A stretch of 64,000 nt of DNA from an uncultured virus (IMG/VR IMGVR_UViG_3300010223_000002) (IMGVR_UViG_3300010223_000002); one strand, 5' to 3'. Counted from the first letter of the stretch, positions 10,168-21,725 are shown. A program made the numbers and translations. The notes: generated by a model from the sequence alone, not told the origin.

Positions 10168-10860
10168 ATGGTGCCGACGAAGTATTACGAGCACCAGCGA
10201 TGCTCAGAATGGAACCTTCGAATGAAAAAAGCACATATACATGCTAACATGTTTGGATATGGTACTAAAAGACCAGAACCAAACGATGTAAGTCTAATAA
10301 CTCATATCGCTAACAAACATGGTGCAGGTTTCATACAATTTAATAAACCTGGATACGAATACGCATTTTGGTTTACGCACATAAAACCGTATCCAACTAA
10401 CAAATCAATAGCAAATCAAGTATTAAATGAACTACTATGTGAAGGAATAGATTTAGAAATTAAATGGATTATCCGTCGTCCTGACTTTGATAATGTATTA
10501 GCTTATCAATTCTTCAATACTAATGTATTCCCTACGCTTCAAGCTTCTTGGGTGAAAGACAAGCTAGAGGATATAATAGGACGTCATGGTAGAGACAGCT
10601 ATACTGTGAGGTTCTGGCTTACCCATAAATTTGGGTTTAAGTTTCCATACCGACACTTTGAAAGGAAGATAAAAATGGATCCGAAAGAAAGACTAGAAGT
10701 AGCCGTTGATGACGCTGATGAAATTCTCAAAAAGCTTGAAGAATATGATGCAAGTTTTCTATTGCAAGACAACAGAAAGGAATTTCGTAAATGGCTTATC
10801 GATAAACTAGATACAATTATGGCTGAAATGGAGGATGACGAAGAAGACGATGATGGATGA
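10168..10860 (+). CDS. Hypothetical protein with an acidic C-terminus
   Basis: 230 aa ORF; start uncertain. Confidence 0.6.
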   Translation: MVPTKYYEHQRCSEWNLRMKKAHIHANMFGYGTKRPEPNDVSLITHIANKHGAGFIQFNKPGYEYAFWFTHIKPYPTNKSIANQVLNELLCEGIDLEIKWIIRRPDFDNVLAYQFFNTNVFPTLQASWVKDKLEDIIGRHGRDSYTVRFWLTHKFGFKFPYRHFERKIKMDPKERLEVAVDDADEILKKLEEYDASFLLQDNRKEFRKWLIDKLDTIMAEMEDDEEDDDG

Positions 10861-10995
10861 GTAGCCCTCCCCTTCCTGCCTTGGAACCCAGCCTCCCCCT
10901 GACCCCTTCCTAACCCCCATCGAAGCTCCCACTGTCAAGCAGATTGTGTTACAATCGCTAACAGAATGGGCGTAATTGATTTAAGGAATTGAACA

Positions 10996-13900
10996 ATGGC
11001 AATTGTTTTACATTACAACAAAACTAATGACTATTTTTGGGCAGATTCTGCAAGAGGTAGCTACAAACAAGAAGGAACTGATGCAAGTATATTACATTCA
11101 GTTGGATTCAAATCTGCGTATCCAGATAACATACATGCCCAAAGATTAGGTGTGCCAGAATGGAAATGGTACACAACAGATGTAGAGCCTGCTATCAAAA
11201 TGAAAAATTTTGCTGATGCCGAAGCGTTAGCCCAAATAAAAGAATATGAAAAACAATTAGAAAATTCCGAATTAGAAATAGATTATCAAGAATACGGTGA
11301 TCCATCTTTGTCCTATTTTTATGCATCTAAATTTATGAAAATACATGAAAAAATTCTTAGAAGTGTATGGTATCATAAAGAAGATTTATGTGGAAAAGGC
11401 AATTATGGTTTCATGTATTCTGGCTCTGCTCAAGAACAAGAAAAAATGCCACAATACATGAAAGATATGATTAAAAGATATGGAGTACCAGAAAAAACAT
11501 GGTGGACGCCTAATATATTCATAGCAAAACTACTGGGTAAATATGCAGTTAATATGGCAGCAGACATAATAGCTACGCATAATGCCACTGTTGAAGAATC
11601 CAGATCAAATAAATCTGATTTAGAGTTACCTACTCCACCTGGAATTACTGCTAAAAATTACCAAAAAGCCGGAGTTAAATGGTCACTACAAAGAGATGGT
11701 GTTCTAATAGCAGATGAACAAGGATTGGGTAAAACATTTCAAGCTATTGGGATAACAAATATAAATACATCAATTAATGATGTGTTAGTAATTTGCCCTT
11801 CTGCTGTCAAAATAAATTGGGCTAGAGAATTCAATAAATTTGCTACTAGAAATTGTCAAACAGTTGTTGTTGATAAAGTAGCAGATATTCCTAATAGCAA
11901 AACAAATTGTATGCGAGTTATGATAATCAATTTTGACAAATTTTCTGGTGCTAAAGAAAGAGCATTATTGACTAAAACATTTATGGATATGCGCGTAGAT
12001 ATGATAATTATAGACGAAGCGCATAATCTAAAAAATCCCAAAGCAAAAAGAACTAGAGCTATTTTAGGTTGGCAAGACTTAGAAGAACCATTTGAATTTC
12101 ATGATGGAATAGCAACTGTTGCGAAAAAACGAGTGTATTTAACTGGTACTCCTATTAAAAACAGACCTATCGAACTTTGGTCATTAGTATCTACATTAGC
12201 TCCAAATATATTCAATAATTACATACGATACGCTTACAGATATTGTTGTGCAAAGAAAACTAGATTTGGTTTTGATGTAAAAGGTAGTTCACACCTACCA
12301 GAACTAGAAGATTTACTTAGATCTACTATAATGATTAGNNNNNNNNNNTGATTAGAAGACTAAAAGCCGATGTACTAAGTGAATTACCAGCTAAAACTAG
12401 ACAAATATTGTTCTTAGAACCAGACGAAAAAACTAAAAGACTATTAGAAGAAGAAAAGGAAAGACTCTCTTCTAGTGGTCAACAACTAGTAAAACTATTA
12501 GAAAAAGCAGAAGTAACTAATAATAACTCTGACTTTATTGCTGCTGCTAACATTATGGAGGAACAAAAAGTAAAGTTCACAGAAATAGCAGATTTAAGAC
12601 ACAAAATAGGTGTATCTAAAATTAAAGCAGCAGTAGAACATATTAAAAACACAATAGACAGTATGTCTAATGGTATAGATAAGGTAATTGTATTTGCCCA
12701 TCACCACGACGTTGTAGAAGGAATAGAATATCAACTTAAGCATGAAGAACAAAAACAAGGTAGAGGCGGTAAAAAGACTTTAGTAGAAACAGATAAGTAC
12801 AAGCCAGTGCTTTATACTGGCAAAATGAATGATAAACAAAAACAAATAGCTATTGACTCTTTCCAAAATGACCCAACTGTCAAAGTGTTTATTGGAACCA
12901 GCGCTGCCTATACAGGTATTACTTTAACTGCTGCAAACGTTGTTATATTCGTAGAATTGCAATTTGTTCCGTCTGAAATGCTTCAAGGTGAAGATAGAGC
13001 ACACAGAATCGGACAACGTAAAAACGTACTTGTACAACATCTAGTTTATGCTAAATCTATCGATGCAAAAATAGCTAATATGTTTGTAGATAAGATGGAT
13101 GTTATCACTAGTGCTCTAGATTTATATTCTAGAATGGGAATACCTGCTAAAGATATTCCAAAAGGTGGAGTTGACCCAACAGAAATAGTTAAAAAAGTAG
13201 AAGTTGCAGGTATTCAAGCTACTTCCAATGCAGAAGTGGCAGCAGATGAATTAGGTGATAAATCTGATATTACAGATGAAGAAAAAACTAAAGAGTCAAC
13301 CAAAACAAAAACAGTTTCAGTTAAGACCTATACTGATGAACAAAAATCCGTAGCTTACAATGCTATCCAATATCTGTACAGCATTTGTGATGGTGCTGTA
13401 ACTAAAGATGGAATGGGATTCAGTGTAAAGACGCTTCATGATGGCAATTATCTAGCGTCATTAGACAGCTTTAGCGATAGTGATATGGAAATAGCTATGC
13501 CAGTATTGAATTGGCATAGAAGACAGTTAAACAAATATGCTAGAGATGTACTAGGACTATGGCCGAAGGGTGAAAAACCATTATTCACATACAAACAAAA
13601 GCAAGTATTAATATCCACTATCTTATGGATGAAAAAGAACGTTACAGATTCATTAGACACTGCTGACGCTCAAATAGTAACGGAAGAAATTAAAGGCGTT
13701 GAAGGCCCAGATGATGTTAGTGATAAATTAGCAGATGTATTCAAAAGAGTTATAAATGACAATTGGCAATTAATAGATAACAAATTCAAATCTCTACTTA
13801 TTACTATGAAACTAAAGCGCGGTAGAGGTAGACCTAAGAAGGTTGAAGGATCGGACGAATCTGTTGAAATACCAGAAATTAAATCTACTTCCAAACCTAC

Positions 13901-14531
13901 TGCACCAAAAGAAATAAATATAGAAGATATAGATTGGATAGATGTAGGCAATTCTCTGCCAAATATAAATGGCAATCCAAAGCTATCCGCAATAATGTAT
14001 CAACCCAAATTTGATGAACCGGTTATTCGTAAATACATACTATCTTTCAAACGTAATGGAGAAAATGTCCAGTCTGAAGACTACTTAATAATGAGGCAAA
14101 CTACACCAGGACAAGATAAATTCACATTTCAAGGATCTGATAGAGTTTACTACTATGGTGAATCTCCAGGGGATATATATGGGGCTGTGAATAACTGGGC
14201 AAAGTCACTATCAGAAAAAAAACGTGCTATTAAAACATCCAAACCAAAAACAACAACTAGCGATTACACAAATTCACAAAGAGAAACGGCCAGAAAGTCA
14301 ATTGCATATTTAGATGAATACTTTGATGTTTTGAAAGAAGAAAAAACTCCTATACCTTATACAAATGAATGGATAAAAAATATCAAAGCAATGAATAGAT
14401 CATTGCCACAATATCCAACAGATGCTCAGATGAAAAGTATAATCAACATACTAAAATCACACCGAGCTATATTCAAACCATTAGGAGTATTCGATAAACT
14501 TAACATTAAATTACGTACACTCAAAAAGTGA
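10996..14531 (+). CDS. SNF2/SMARCAL1-like helicase with a long C-terminal extension (one gene, split by an assembly gap)
   Basis: ADEQGLGKT, DEAH, LTGTPIKN, QGEDRAHRIGQ. Removing the 10 Ns and the duplicated TGATTAG at ~12339 joins the frames and restores MIRRLKADVLSELPAKTRQ. Confidence 0.92.
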
Positions 14532-16567
14532 GATTTGATATGGACACTACAACATTTGAAGCCGTTCCTACTAGTAAACTGCCGGAAATAGAAAAAAAGC
14601 TTAAAAATTTAAAGAAAAAAGCAACTAAACTTGGTATCTTATTCGACTACGAGATTGGTGAACCATATGGTAAAAATGTAAAAGATCAAAATGGCAGAAA
14701 ATTTGTAATAGAAGTAGTCCCAATAACAATTACAGGTAAATTGCCAGCCATAAATGGTTGGAAAATAGCTGCCAAAATAGAACATGATGATGAAGGAAAC
14801 ATAATAAAACAAATAGGTTCAATCGAAGTACCTAAAAAATACAGAAAAACATCTGCATATTGCGATCATTGCAAACTAACTCGAAATAGAAAAGATACAT
14901 TCCTGATAAGAAAAGTCGGGAAGATGGATTACCAGCAAGTAGGTAAAGAATGCCTTAAAGACTTTACAGGCCACAAAAATCCCGCCGCAGTAGCAGACGT
15001 GGCAGACGGTATCATACTAATAAAAGACCTATTAGAGACTGAAAGCAATTTAGATAATGAAAAAGGTATCAATAGAGCATACGACTTAGAAAGTTATCTA
15101 ACATATGTGGCAGCAGCTATAAGATTAGGAGGATTTATATCAAAAAGCAAAGCAGAAGAAGAAAGACTTTCATCTACTGCGGATATAGCTAGTAGTATGA
15201 TTATTAAAGATACATTACAAAGCACATACACTCCAATAGAAAGTGATGCTAAGTTAGCTGCAAAAACAATAGAATGGGCCAAATCAATTAGCGAAAATGT
15301 CAATTCTACATATATGTGGAACCTACATATTATTGCTGAAAAAGGATACGCCAAAAATAAAGATGTCTACATGGCAGCTAGTATGATTCCTGCTTATAAT
15401 AAAGAAATGGGTAAAAATATATCAGCTAAAAACAGCAAACATATAGGAGACTTAGGAGAAAAAGTAGTTACCACAGTAACAGTAAAAGCTATCAAAACAT
15501 TCAGAAATGAATTTAGAGGCGGAAGTCCTGTTACCTATATGTATGATTTTGTAGATGATAATGGAAATATGGTTTTATGGTATTCCTCAAAAGAAATACC
15601 ACAACTGCAAATAGGCACAACTCACACATTATTGTGCAATGTTAAAGAACATGGGCAATATAAGAGTGTAGCCCAAACCAAAGTGAATAGATGTAAAATA
15701 GTAGATAAAAATACAAAAGCACCATCTAAAAAACAAAAAAAATCTTCATCACAAAAATATGAATTCAGTATCCATTGGTTAGGAGACACAAATATAGAAG
15801 AGCTTAAGAAGAAAGAAGAAGAAATTGAAAGAATATACAACAGCAAATCTCCAACACAACAAGCACTATTCGATAAAGTTGAAAAGCTAAGAAAAAATTC
15901 ACATACACATTGGATCACGTTGGATAAAAATTTATCTTGGTCAGATAGAAATCAAATACAAATACAATATGATTTGGATATAGGACTAACAGAAGCAAAA
16001 AAACAACTAGAATCACTTGAAAAACATCTGGAAGAATCTAAAAAATCAATACAGTGTAAAAAATACTTCTTGAATCAAATTGTAGAAAAAATGAATCCAA
16101 CACGAAAAGTGTATGGAAGAACCTGGGAAGATACTTCAACTAAATTAAAAAATATCGAAGATGTTTGGATACCAAATATGCCTTTTGGTAAAGCCAGCGT
16201 AGGAATACTAGAAGTAAATTTTACTGCCGGTAAAAAACGTTATCCAATTACACTTTGGATTCAATTTGTAACACATAATGACGGTTTAGAATTCATGATC
16301 ATGTCTCCAAAGAAAAGAATTACGTTATTACAAAGATACAATATACTATGTTACGTAGCATCTTTCTCTACCTTTGGTAAAATGAAAATAGAAAAAACTA
16401 AATTCAATAATGCTAAAGAATTTTCTGAACTAGTATTTCAGTCATTCTTTGATGTATATATAGATAAAATAAAGAAAGATTTTGGAAGTATGATAACATC
16501 TTGGGGAGATAATGCAAAAACAAATATAGACTTAGTATCTACTTTAGAAACCAGTGAGACAATATGA
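14528..16567 (+). CDS. Large phage protein with Zn-binding motifs and an OB-fold-like domain
   Basis: CDHC...R.R...QVGKECLKDF motif; HIGDLGEK...F.DDNGN...W.SS...VKEH..YK...QT.V.R OB-like region. Confidence 0.7.
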   Translation: MRFDMDTTTFEAVPTSKLPEIEKKLKNLKKKATKLGILFDYEIGEPYGKNVKDQNGRKFVIEVVPITITGKLPAINGWKIAAKIEHDDEGNIIKQIGSIEVPKKYRKTSAYCDHCKLTRNRKDTFLIRKVGKMDYQQVGKECLKDFTGHKNPAAVADVADGIILIKDLLETESNLDNEKGINRAYDLESYLTYVAAAIRLGGFISKSKAEEERLSSTADIASSMIIKDTLQSTYTPIESDAKLAAKTIEWAKSISENVNSTYMWNLHIIAEKGYAKNKDVYMAASMIPAYNKEMGKNISAKNSKHIGDLGEKVVTTVTVKAIKTFRNEFRGGSPVTYMYDFVDDNGNMVLWYSSKEIPQLQIGTTHTLLCNVKEHGQYKSVAQTKVNRCKIVDKNTKAPSKKQKKSSSQKYEFSIHWLGDTNIEELKKKEEEIERIYNSKSPTQQALFDKVEKLRKNSHTHWITLDKNLSWSDRNQIQIQYDLDIGLTEAKKQLESLEKHLEESKKSIQCKKYFLNQIVEKMNPTRKVYGRTWEDTSTKLKNIEDVWIPNMPFGKASVGILEVNFTAGKKRYPITLWIQFVTHNDGLEFMIMSPKKRITLLQRYNILCYVASFSTFGKMKIEKTKFNNAKEFSELVFQSFFDVYIDKIKKDFGSMITSWGDNAKTNIDLVSTLETSETI

Positions 16568-16914
16568 ATAGAAAAAGAAGTACGTTCGGAACTGCAAAAA
16601 AACACAAATATTTCGACAGTATACTTGTGTATACTTACAGCCTACAATACGTAGGTTACAAAATATACGCTTTACATAGATATAAAGGAATGAAATGGGG
16701 AGGAGAAGTAATATGGAAATATCGTTTAATGCCAATTCCAGAACAGCCACATTTTGGTTTTGAAACCGTTCAAGAGGTTTATGAACACATAAATAATACT
16801 TTCAAAGGGCAGAAAGAACTATTCGATCAATGGGCTGCAAGCTTCCCGAACGATGGAAGAAATGTGTCTTTACAAGCACTTACAAACGCCTACGTCTATC
16901 AATGGGGTTCATAA
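16564..16914 (+). CDS. Hypothetical protein
   Basis: ATGA overlap with the previous gene. Confidence 0.6.
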   Translation: MNRKRSTFGTAKKHKYFDSILVYTYSLQYVGYKIYALHRYKGMKWGGEVIWKYRLMPIPEQPHFGFETVQEVYEHINNTFKGQKELFDQWAASFPNDGRNVSLQALTNAYVYQWGS

Positions 16915-16917
16915 CGG

Positions 16918-16947
16918 TTGACAGTCCTACCCCCATTGAGGCATGCT
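16918..16947 (+). promoter_or_regulatory. Sigma70-like promoter
   Basis: TTGACA-N18-CATGCT in an intergenic gap. Confidence 0.45.
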
Positions 16948-16978
16948 TTATTCCCACTTTGTTCACAAGAGGTATAAA

Positions 16979-17479
16979 ATGTTAGGTGCAGAAAATATTA
17001 AATTCTCAGCAAATGACATGCAAGACAAATCTCTATTCTACAATAGAGAAAAAAACGGTAAAAGAATAGTTACTAAACAAGGACTAGCAGTCTTATGGTA
17101 CATGCAAAAAATAATAGGTATAGATGAAATCACTAGAAAAAACTGGACAGAAGTATTCGAAAGAATAGAAAATTTCGAAGACGAATTTGGAGCTATCGTA
17201 GTTTTCTGGGAAGATAATAAACCAATACATAATCCTATTGAAAAAGATGAAGTCCAAAGCATGATTGGACTAAAACTAAAAGAACCAAATAAAATACTAA
17301 CCAAAGAACAATGGGAATCGAAATTAAAAGCTATTTTAGAAGACAGAAAATCAGAAGAAGAACGTATATCTAAACAATATGAAAATGTGCCAGATGAAGC
17401 TCCAATAGAAGAACTAGCACCAGGAGCAGAAATCCACACACAGCCTATAATATCTATGCCCAATGTAGGTCAAAAATGA
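16979..17479 (+). CDS. Hypothetical protein
   Basis: Start revised to the ATG after the GAGG SD. Confidence 0.7.
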   Translation: MLGAENIKFSANDMQDKSLFYNREKNGKRIVTKQGLAVLWYMQKIIGIDEITRKNWTEVFERIENFEDEFGAIVVFWEDNKPIHNPIEKDEVQSMIGLKLKEPNKILTKEQWESKLKAILEDRKSEEERISKQYENVPDEAPIEELAPGAEIHTQPIISMPNVGQK

Positions 17480-18243
17480 AAGAAGCTAAACTATATATAG
17501 CTGAAACTCCAGGTGGTGCATATAAAGCATATGCAGTAGGATTTGGAGACGAATACAAACCTGGAGCGAATGCTAGAACTAAGTATAAATCAATACCAGA
17601 TCAACCATTCAGAGGATATGATGAAAAGGAAGACGTAAGACTATTTCTACTAGAAAAATTCTCTAATTTTAAAGCATTCACAGAATGGGCAGAAAACTGT
17701 GGAAACGGAAGCCTATTACTAAAAGATATATCTAAATGGGAAGAAATGCTACTCCCAGGTTCTAGAGTTAGTAATCAAAAAAAAACACGTAAAAAAAGAA
17801 GAAATGTAGCCACTAAAAGAATAGTTACTAAAAGTGAAGAAGAAAACACTGAAGATGAAGATATTGAAGACGAAGAACCATTTGAACCAAAATCTAAACC
17901 ACTGACAAGAAAAAATAAACCACAACAACAGCAGTCATTAGGTATACCTATTGAAATACGAGAAGAAATGGCTGCAAATAATTTTACTTATGACCAATAT
18001 AAGCAAATTGCAGAAGGAATAGTTCAAGATTTTGAAAATACACTACTATCATGTATGGTGTATAATGTACAACTAAACGCAGCTAATCTAGTTCACGCAT
18101 ATAGAGCACTAAAACTAATAAACGTTCTACAGTGGACGGCAGCATTAGAAGCGGCTAGAATGGCTGCTATACAAGATCAAACTTGGAAAAAATTCTATGA
18201 AAGCATACTGAATGCAAACAAAATAGTAGGACTTCCAGTATGA
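17476..18243 (+). CDS. Hypothetical protein
   Basis: 255 aa ORF; ATGA overlaps at both ends. Confidence 0.7.
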   Translation: MKEAKLYIAETPGGAYKAYAVGFGDEYKPGANARTKYKSIPDQPFRGYDEKEDVRLFLLEKFSNFKAFTEWAENCGNGSLLLKDISKWEEMLLPGSRVSNQKKTRKKRRNVATKRIVTKSEEENTEDEDIEDEEPFEPKSKPLTRKNKPQQQQSLGIPIEIREEMAANNFTYDQYKQIAEGIVQDFENTLLSCMVYNVQLNAANLVHAYRALKLINVLQWTAALEAARMAAIQDQTWKKFYESILNANKIVGLPV

Positions 18244-19019
18244 GTTATCAAGATAAACTAAAAAAAATCAGAGAACAACAAAAAATTAAAGATACGAAAG
18301 AGAATGAAAAGGATATTGATATGCCTCAAGAAGAACAAGAGATTGAAAATGAAGATGTAACCTCATCTATTAAAGATGACGATGAAAATAATACAAATCC
18401 ACTAAGTATACATGATATAGTAAATGAGGAAGATGTAGAAAACCTAAACAGACTAGGTTTTACTATCGTAAAAACAACCGAACTTCAAGCAATTGTGAAT
18501 ACCAACTCACAATTGATGCAAAACAGCCAAGAAGCTCAAAAACTAGCATTCAAACATGAAATGCTAACTGAAAGAATGAGAGAGCTTAGAAAATTAGTTA
18601 AAAAATTCTATCAAATGGAAGCCGCAACAGTAGCATCAAATGAAGCATTACAAGCTATGTTAAAATGCTTCGAAGGCGCTAATCAAGGTTTGCAAGGTTG
18701 GCCTACAATTCAAGTATTTACCCCTGATGGTTGGATAAAAGGCAGTGTAGATTACAATCTACATAACGCTGTGTTACTAGCTAAAACGGCTACAACAAGT
18801 GAAAATTTACAAGTTGTAGAAAAACATCTAGGAGGATTCAACAAACAAGTAAAATCGCTATCACAAGACATTGCAGACCTGCAAAGCTTTATACCATTCA
18901 AGGTAGAAAAATGTTCCCATTGTAATAAATTCAAAAAAGTAAATTCTAAATGCCAACATTGTGGTAAATCTGACTCTGATGGAATGGACTTTTTAGATGA
19001 CGAAGATGACGAAGAATGA
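18240..19019 (+). CDS. Coiled-coil protein with a C-terminal zinc ribbon
   Basis: CSHC-x8-CQHC; heptad-like central region. Confidence 0.7.
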   Translation: MSYQDKLKKIREQQKIKDTKENEKDIDMPQEEQEIENEDVTSSIKDDDENNTNPLSIHDIVNEEDVENLNRLGFTIVKTTELQAIVNTNSQLMQNSQEAQKLAFKHEMLTERMRELRKLVKKFYQMEAATVASNEALQAMLKCFEGANQGLQGWPTIQVFTPDGWIKGSVDYNLHNAVLLAKTATTSENLQVVEKHLGGFNKQVKSLSQDIADLQSFIPFKVEKCSHCNKFKKVNSKCQHCGKSDSDGMDFLDDEDDEE

Positions 19020-19590
19020 TAAACTAAAATACGGTTCAATAGCATTAATGACATTAGGAGCAGGAACAATCGTTGCTGCTCTACTACATAAACCTAAGAT
19101 AGATATATCCAAACAAAGAATATACTTGATAGGCGACAGTCTAGCTGTTGGACTTAAAACACCATTAGCTGCTATCGCTGCTAGTCAAAATGTGCCATTT
19201 GGTTCTACCGCTAAAGGTGGAACAGCCATGACACATTGGATAAAACCATCATGGTGGCAATACGAAAAAGAATTCAATCCGACTATTCTTCTGATATCTT
19301 TAGGAACAAACGACGCATATGGATTCGTAGATCCCAACAAGGTACCAGAATATATAGAACAAATAAAGAAGCTTGCAGGCAATGCCCGTATATACTGGAT
19401 AATGCCTCCAAATGTAAAAATGAAGAATATAAATGCAATAAGACAGAAGATACTTCAAACGGAAGTAGAGAATTTTGCTTCGGATCAATTGAACATAAAT
19501 TTACCAGATGGTGTACATCCATCAGGACAAGGATACGAAAAATGGGCAAAAGAAATTTGGCAAGCGTTAGCAAATCTTCGTGTCAAATAA
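18997..19590 (+). CDS. SGNH/GDSL hydrolase with an N-terminal membrane anchor
   Basis: IGDSL, LGTND and DGVHP blocks; N-terminal hydrophobic helix. Confidence 0.9.
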   Translation: MTKMTKNDKLKYGSIALMTLGAGTIVAALLHKPKIDISKQRIYLIGDSLAVGLKTPLAAIAASQNVPFGSTAKGGTAMTHWIKPSWWQYEKEFNPTILLISLGTNDAYGFVDPNKVPEYIEQIKKLAGNARIYWIMPPNVKMKNINAIRQKILQTEVENFASDQLNINLPDGVHPSGQGYEKWAKEIWQALANLRVK

Positions 19591-20339
19591 ATGCTAATAA
19601 CCCAGAATGGATTAGAGTATGTAGAGATACTAAATTCTTTGATAAACCAGTATTAGGTAAAGTAGAAGATGCAAAAGATGCGTGGGACATATTAGAAAAA
19701 AGAGTTACATCTGAAGAACAAGAAGTATTTTATGTGATATCTTTAGATTCTCAAATGCGAGTTTTAGGTGTATCAGAAGTAGCTAGAGGTACTGCTAACA
19801 ACATGGGAGTACATCTTAGAGACATATATAGATCAGCAATAGTGCTAGGTGCAGTTTATGTTATAGTGGCACATAATCATCCTTCTGGTATACTTAATCC
19901 TAGCAAAGCCGATATTAGACTTACAAGAGAATGTGTTAAAGCTGGTAGTCTATTAGGTATTGATGTAATAGATCACTTAATAGTAACAGGAAGTGGATTT
20001 TATTCTTTTTCAGATGCTGGCAATACTGGTATATCTAAGTATGATTTTTACTCTGTAAATGAACCTAACCCCCCATCTAGACCGCAATATAAGAAGAAAC
20101 CATCCAAACGTAAACAACCTAGATATTCATCAAATAGAACCATAATAAGAATATCTAAAAAAGGAACAGACTTTTTTGGTAAGAAAGGTTTTGAGATATC
20201 TGGTAAAAGAGGCGACTATACAGCACATATTAACCCATATCTTAAAAAGCACAAAAACATAAAGGCTGGAACCTTAAAGGCACCAACCCTTGATAAGCTC
20301 GAGTCTAAGCTAGATATGCTTATAGAGAGCTTGAATTAA
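19542..20339 (+). CDS. radC: RadC-like JAB domain protein with a basic C-terminal extension
   Basis: EQEVF...HNHPSG...PSKAD...DHLIV. Start revised to ATG 19542 (AAGGA SD). Confidence 0.88.
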   Translation: MGKRNLASVSKSSCQINANNPEWIRVCRDTKFFDKPVLGKVEDAKDAWDILEKRVTSEEQEVFYVISLDSQMRVLGVSEVARGTANNMGVHLRDIYRSAIVLGAVYVIVAHNHPSGILNPSKADIRLTRECVKAGSLLGIDVIDHLIVTGSGFYSFSDAGNTGISKYDFYSVNEPNPPSRPQYKKKPSKRKQPRYSSNRTIIRISKKGTDFFGKKGFEISGKRGDYTAHINPYLKKHKNIKAGTLKAPTLDKLESKLDMLIESLN

Positions 20340-20620
20340 ATTAATATAGATTCTTCTTGAATAGCTATAGCGCGCTTTCTCAAATTCACATATGAATATT
20401 CATCCACTTCAACGTGCCCATACTCATCAACGAATGTGTAATCTTCGTTAGAATGGTAAACTATAACATATCCATCCCAAGTTAATGTAAAGCAATACTC
20501 AATACTGCATTGATCCATATCTATAAAATCAGTAAAACAACATTCAACGCATTCTTTAGCGCATGCGGTATCTGACAAGCAGTCAATTTTCTTTGCCTGG
20601 CTCATAATTATTCGAATCAA
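20336..20620 (-). CDS. Hypothetical protein (start uncertain)
   Basis: Converges on radC; a sigma54-type motif lies upstream on the same strand. Confidence 0.4.
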   Translation of the reverse strand: MIRIIMSQAKKIDCLSDTACAKECVECCFTDFIDMDQCSIEYCFTLTWDGYVIVYHSNEDYTFVDEYGHVEVDEYSYVNLRKRAIAIQEESILI

Positions 20621-20666
20621 TTAGTTAAGGATTGGACACCCTGCCTATTTCGCGCTCGCACGCGTT

Positions 20667-20683
20667 AGCACAACTTATGCCAA
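20667..20683 (-). promoter_or_regulatory. Sigma54-type -24/-12 motif
   Basis: Minus strand reads TTGGCATAAGTTGTGCT (GG-N10-GC). Confidence 0.55.
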
Positions 20684-20938
20684 ATTGACTATCGCCAAAC
20701 CCACATAGTCTCACATAGCTAACGATAGCTTAACTAATTCAAATCATTTTCCTAAGCCCAGCAAACGAATATGCGATATGTGACCACACGAGCTAAGTAG
20801 CCGTTTTGCCTATGCAAAAATTTTTTTTGCTATCCGATGCGTTTTTTGGGTGGACAAGGTTTGGGATACGGGTTAGCTTCCCATCACAACGCAGCGGGAA
20901 CCGAAACGGAACGGTTCCCAAAGAAAAGGGGAACCAAG

Positions 20939-21533
20939 ATGGCACGCCGCAACAACAACAACGGGAGTGATAGCATGGCAAAGCTCAATAAATCGCAGAA
21001 CGAATTTCTGGGTGTATTTTTCGGTGAAGTCGGTTGGGGCGAAAACGACGACGAAGAACTGGCAAAGCTCANNNNNNNNNNAAGCGCTGGACAAGGCCAA
21101 GTGCGCGGTCAAGTCTCTCGAATCCCAGATTGCTGGATTCGGGACGCGCAAAGACAAGGCAGCTGAACTGCTCGCCTGGTTCGATTCTGGTCCCTTGGGT
21201 GCCACAGCCAGCGACGACGACAAGATGCAATTCTTGTGCCAGTCCCTCCACGTCCGGCGCAAGGCTGCGGCGTCTGCCACGTCTGCCACGAACACAGCAA
21301 AGGCAACAAACGAGGAGAAGGAGCTTATCCTCGGATTCTTGGACGGTGATGGAAAGACCGTGGGAGAGCTTTCCAAAGAGTGTGGATTGGAAAGCAAGGA
21401 AGTGAGCCGCATTGCAAAGGCAATGCTCGCGGACGGAACCGCGCGAAAGGAAGGCGAACGTAGGGGTACACGCTACTTTTTGAACGTGGAAGGCATTGAC
21501 GACGAAGACGAAGATACGAGTGACGAAGAGTAG
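20939..21533 (+). CDS. GC-rich winged-helix DNA-binding protein (spans an assembly gap)
   Basis: MARRNNNNG... joins ALDKAK... in frame when the 10 Ns are removed. C-terminal wHTH: GKTVGELSKECGLESKEVSRIAKAMLADGTARKEGERRGTRYF; acidic tail. Confidence 0.75.
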
Positions 21534-21560
21534 GATAAACACTCCATCCCGCCTACATAG

Positions 21561-21589
21561 GCCCCCCGAAAGGGGGGCTTTCCCTATTT
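21561..21589 (+). terminator. Rho-independent terminator
   Basis: GCCCCCC-GAAA-GGGGGGC hairpin followed by TTTCCCTATTT, just after the gene stop. Confidence 0.8.
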
Positions 21590-21654
21590 AATCCACCGTT
21601 GATTAGTTAGCGCAGCTTTAGCAAAGTAAGCTATTGACTGCGCTTTTACTTATT

Positions 21655-21725
21655 TAGCCTCCTACCCAGTGAGCTAGCCTCCTACCCAGTGAGCTAGCCT
21701 CCTACCTAGTGAGCTAGCCTCCTAC
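21655..21725. repeat. 20-bp tandem repeat, ~3.5 copies (TAGCCTCCTACCCAGTGAGC)
   Basis: Directly visible; one mismatch in copy 3; no spacers. Confidence 0.95.

Noticed and set aside
12330..12410. Programmed frameshift, intein or split SNF2 gene
   Set aside because: The break is a 10-N scaffold gap with a duplicated flank; removing it restores one continuous frame
19236..19541. Long N-terminal extension of RadC overlapping the SGNH gene
   Set aside because: It is an alternate frame of the SGNH gene; a better SD-supported ATG lies at 19542
20793..21542. Multiple overlapping ORFs on both strands in the GC-rich island
   Set aside because: Expected from high GC plus the N gap; one joined + strand gene (20939..21533) with an SD-like leader and terminator explains the region
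21655..21725. CRISPR array
   Set aside because: The 20-bp units are head-to-tail with no unique spacers, and there is no cas operon in the window
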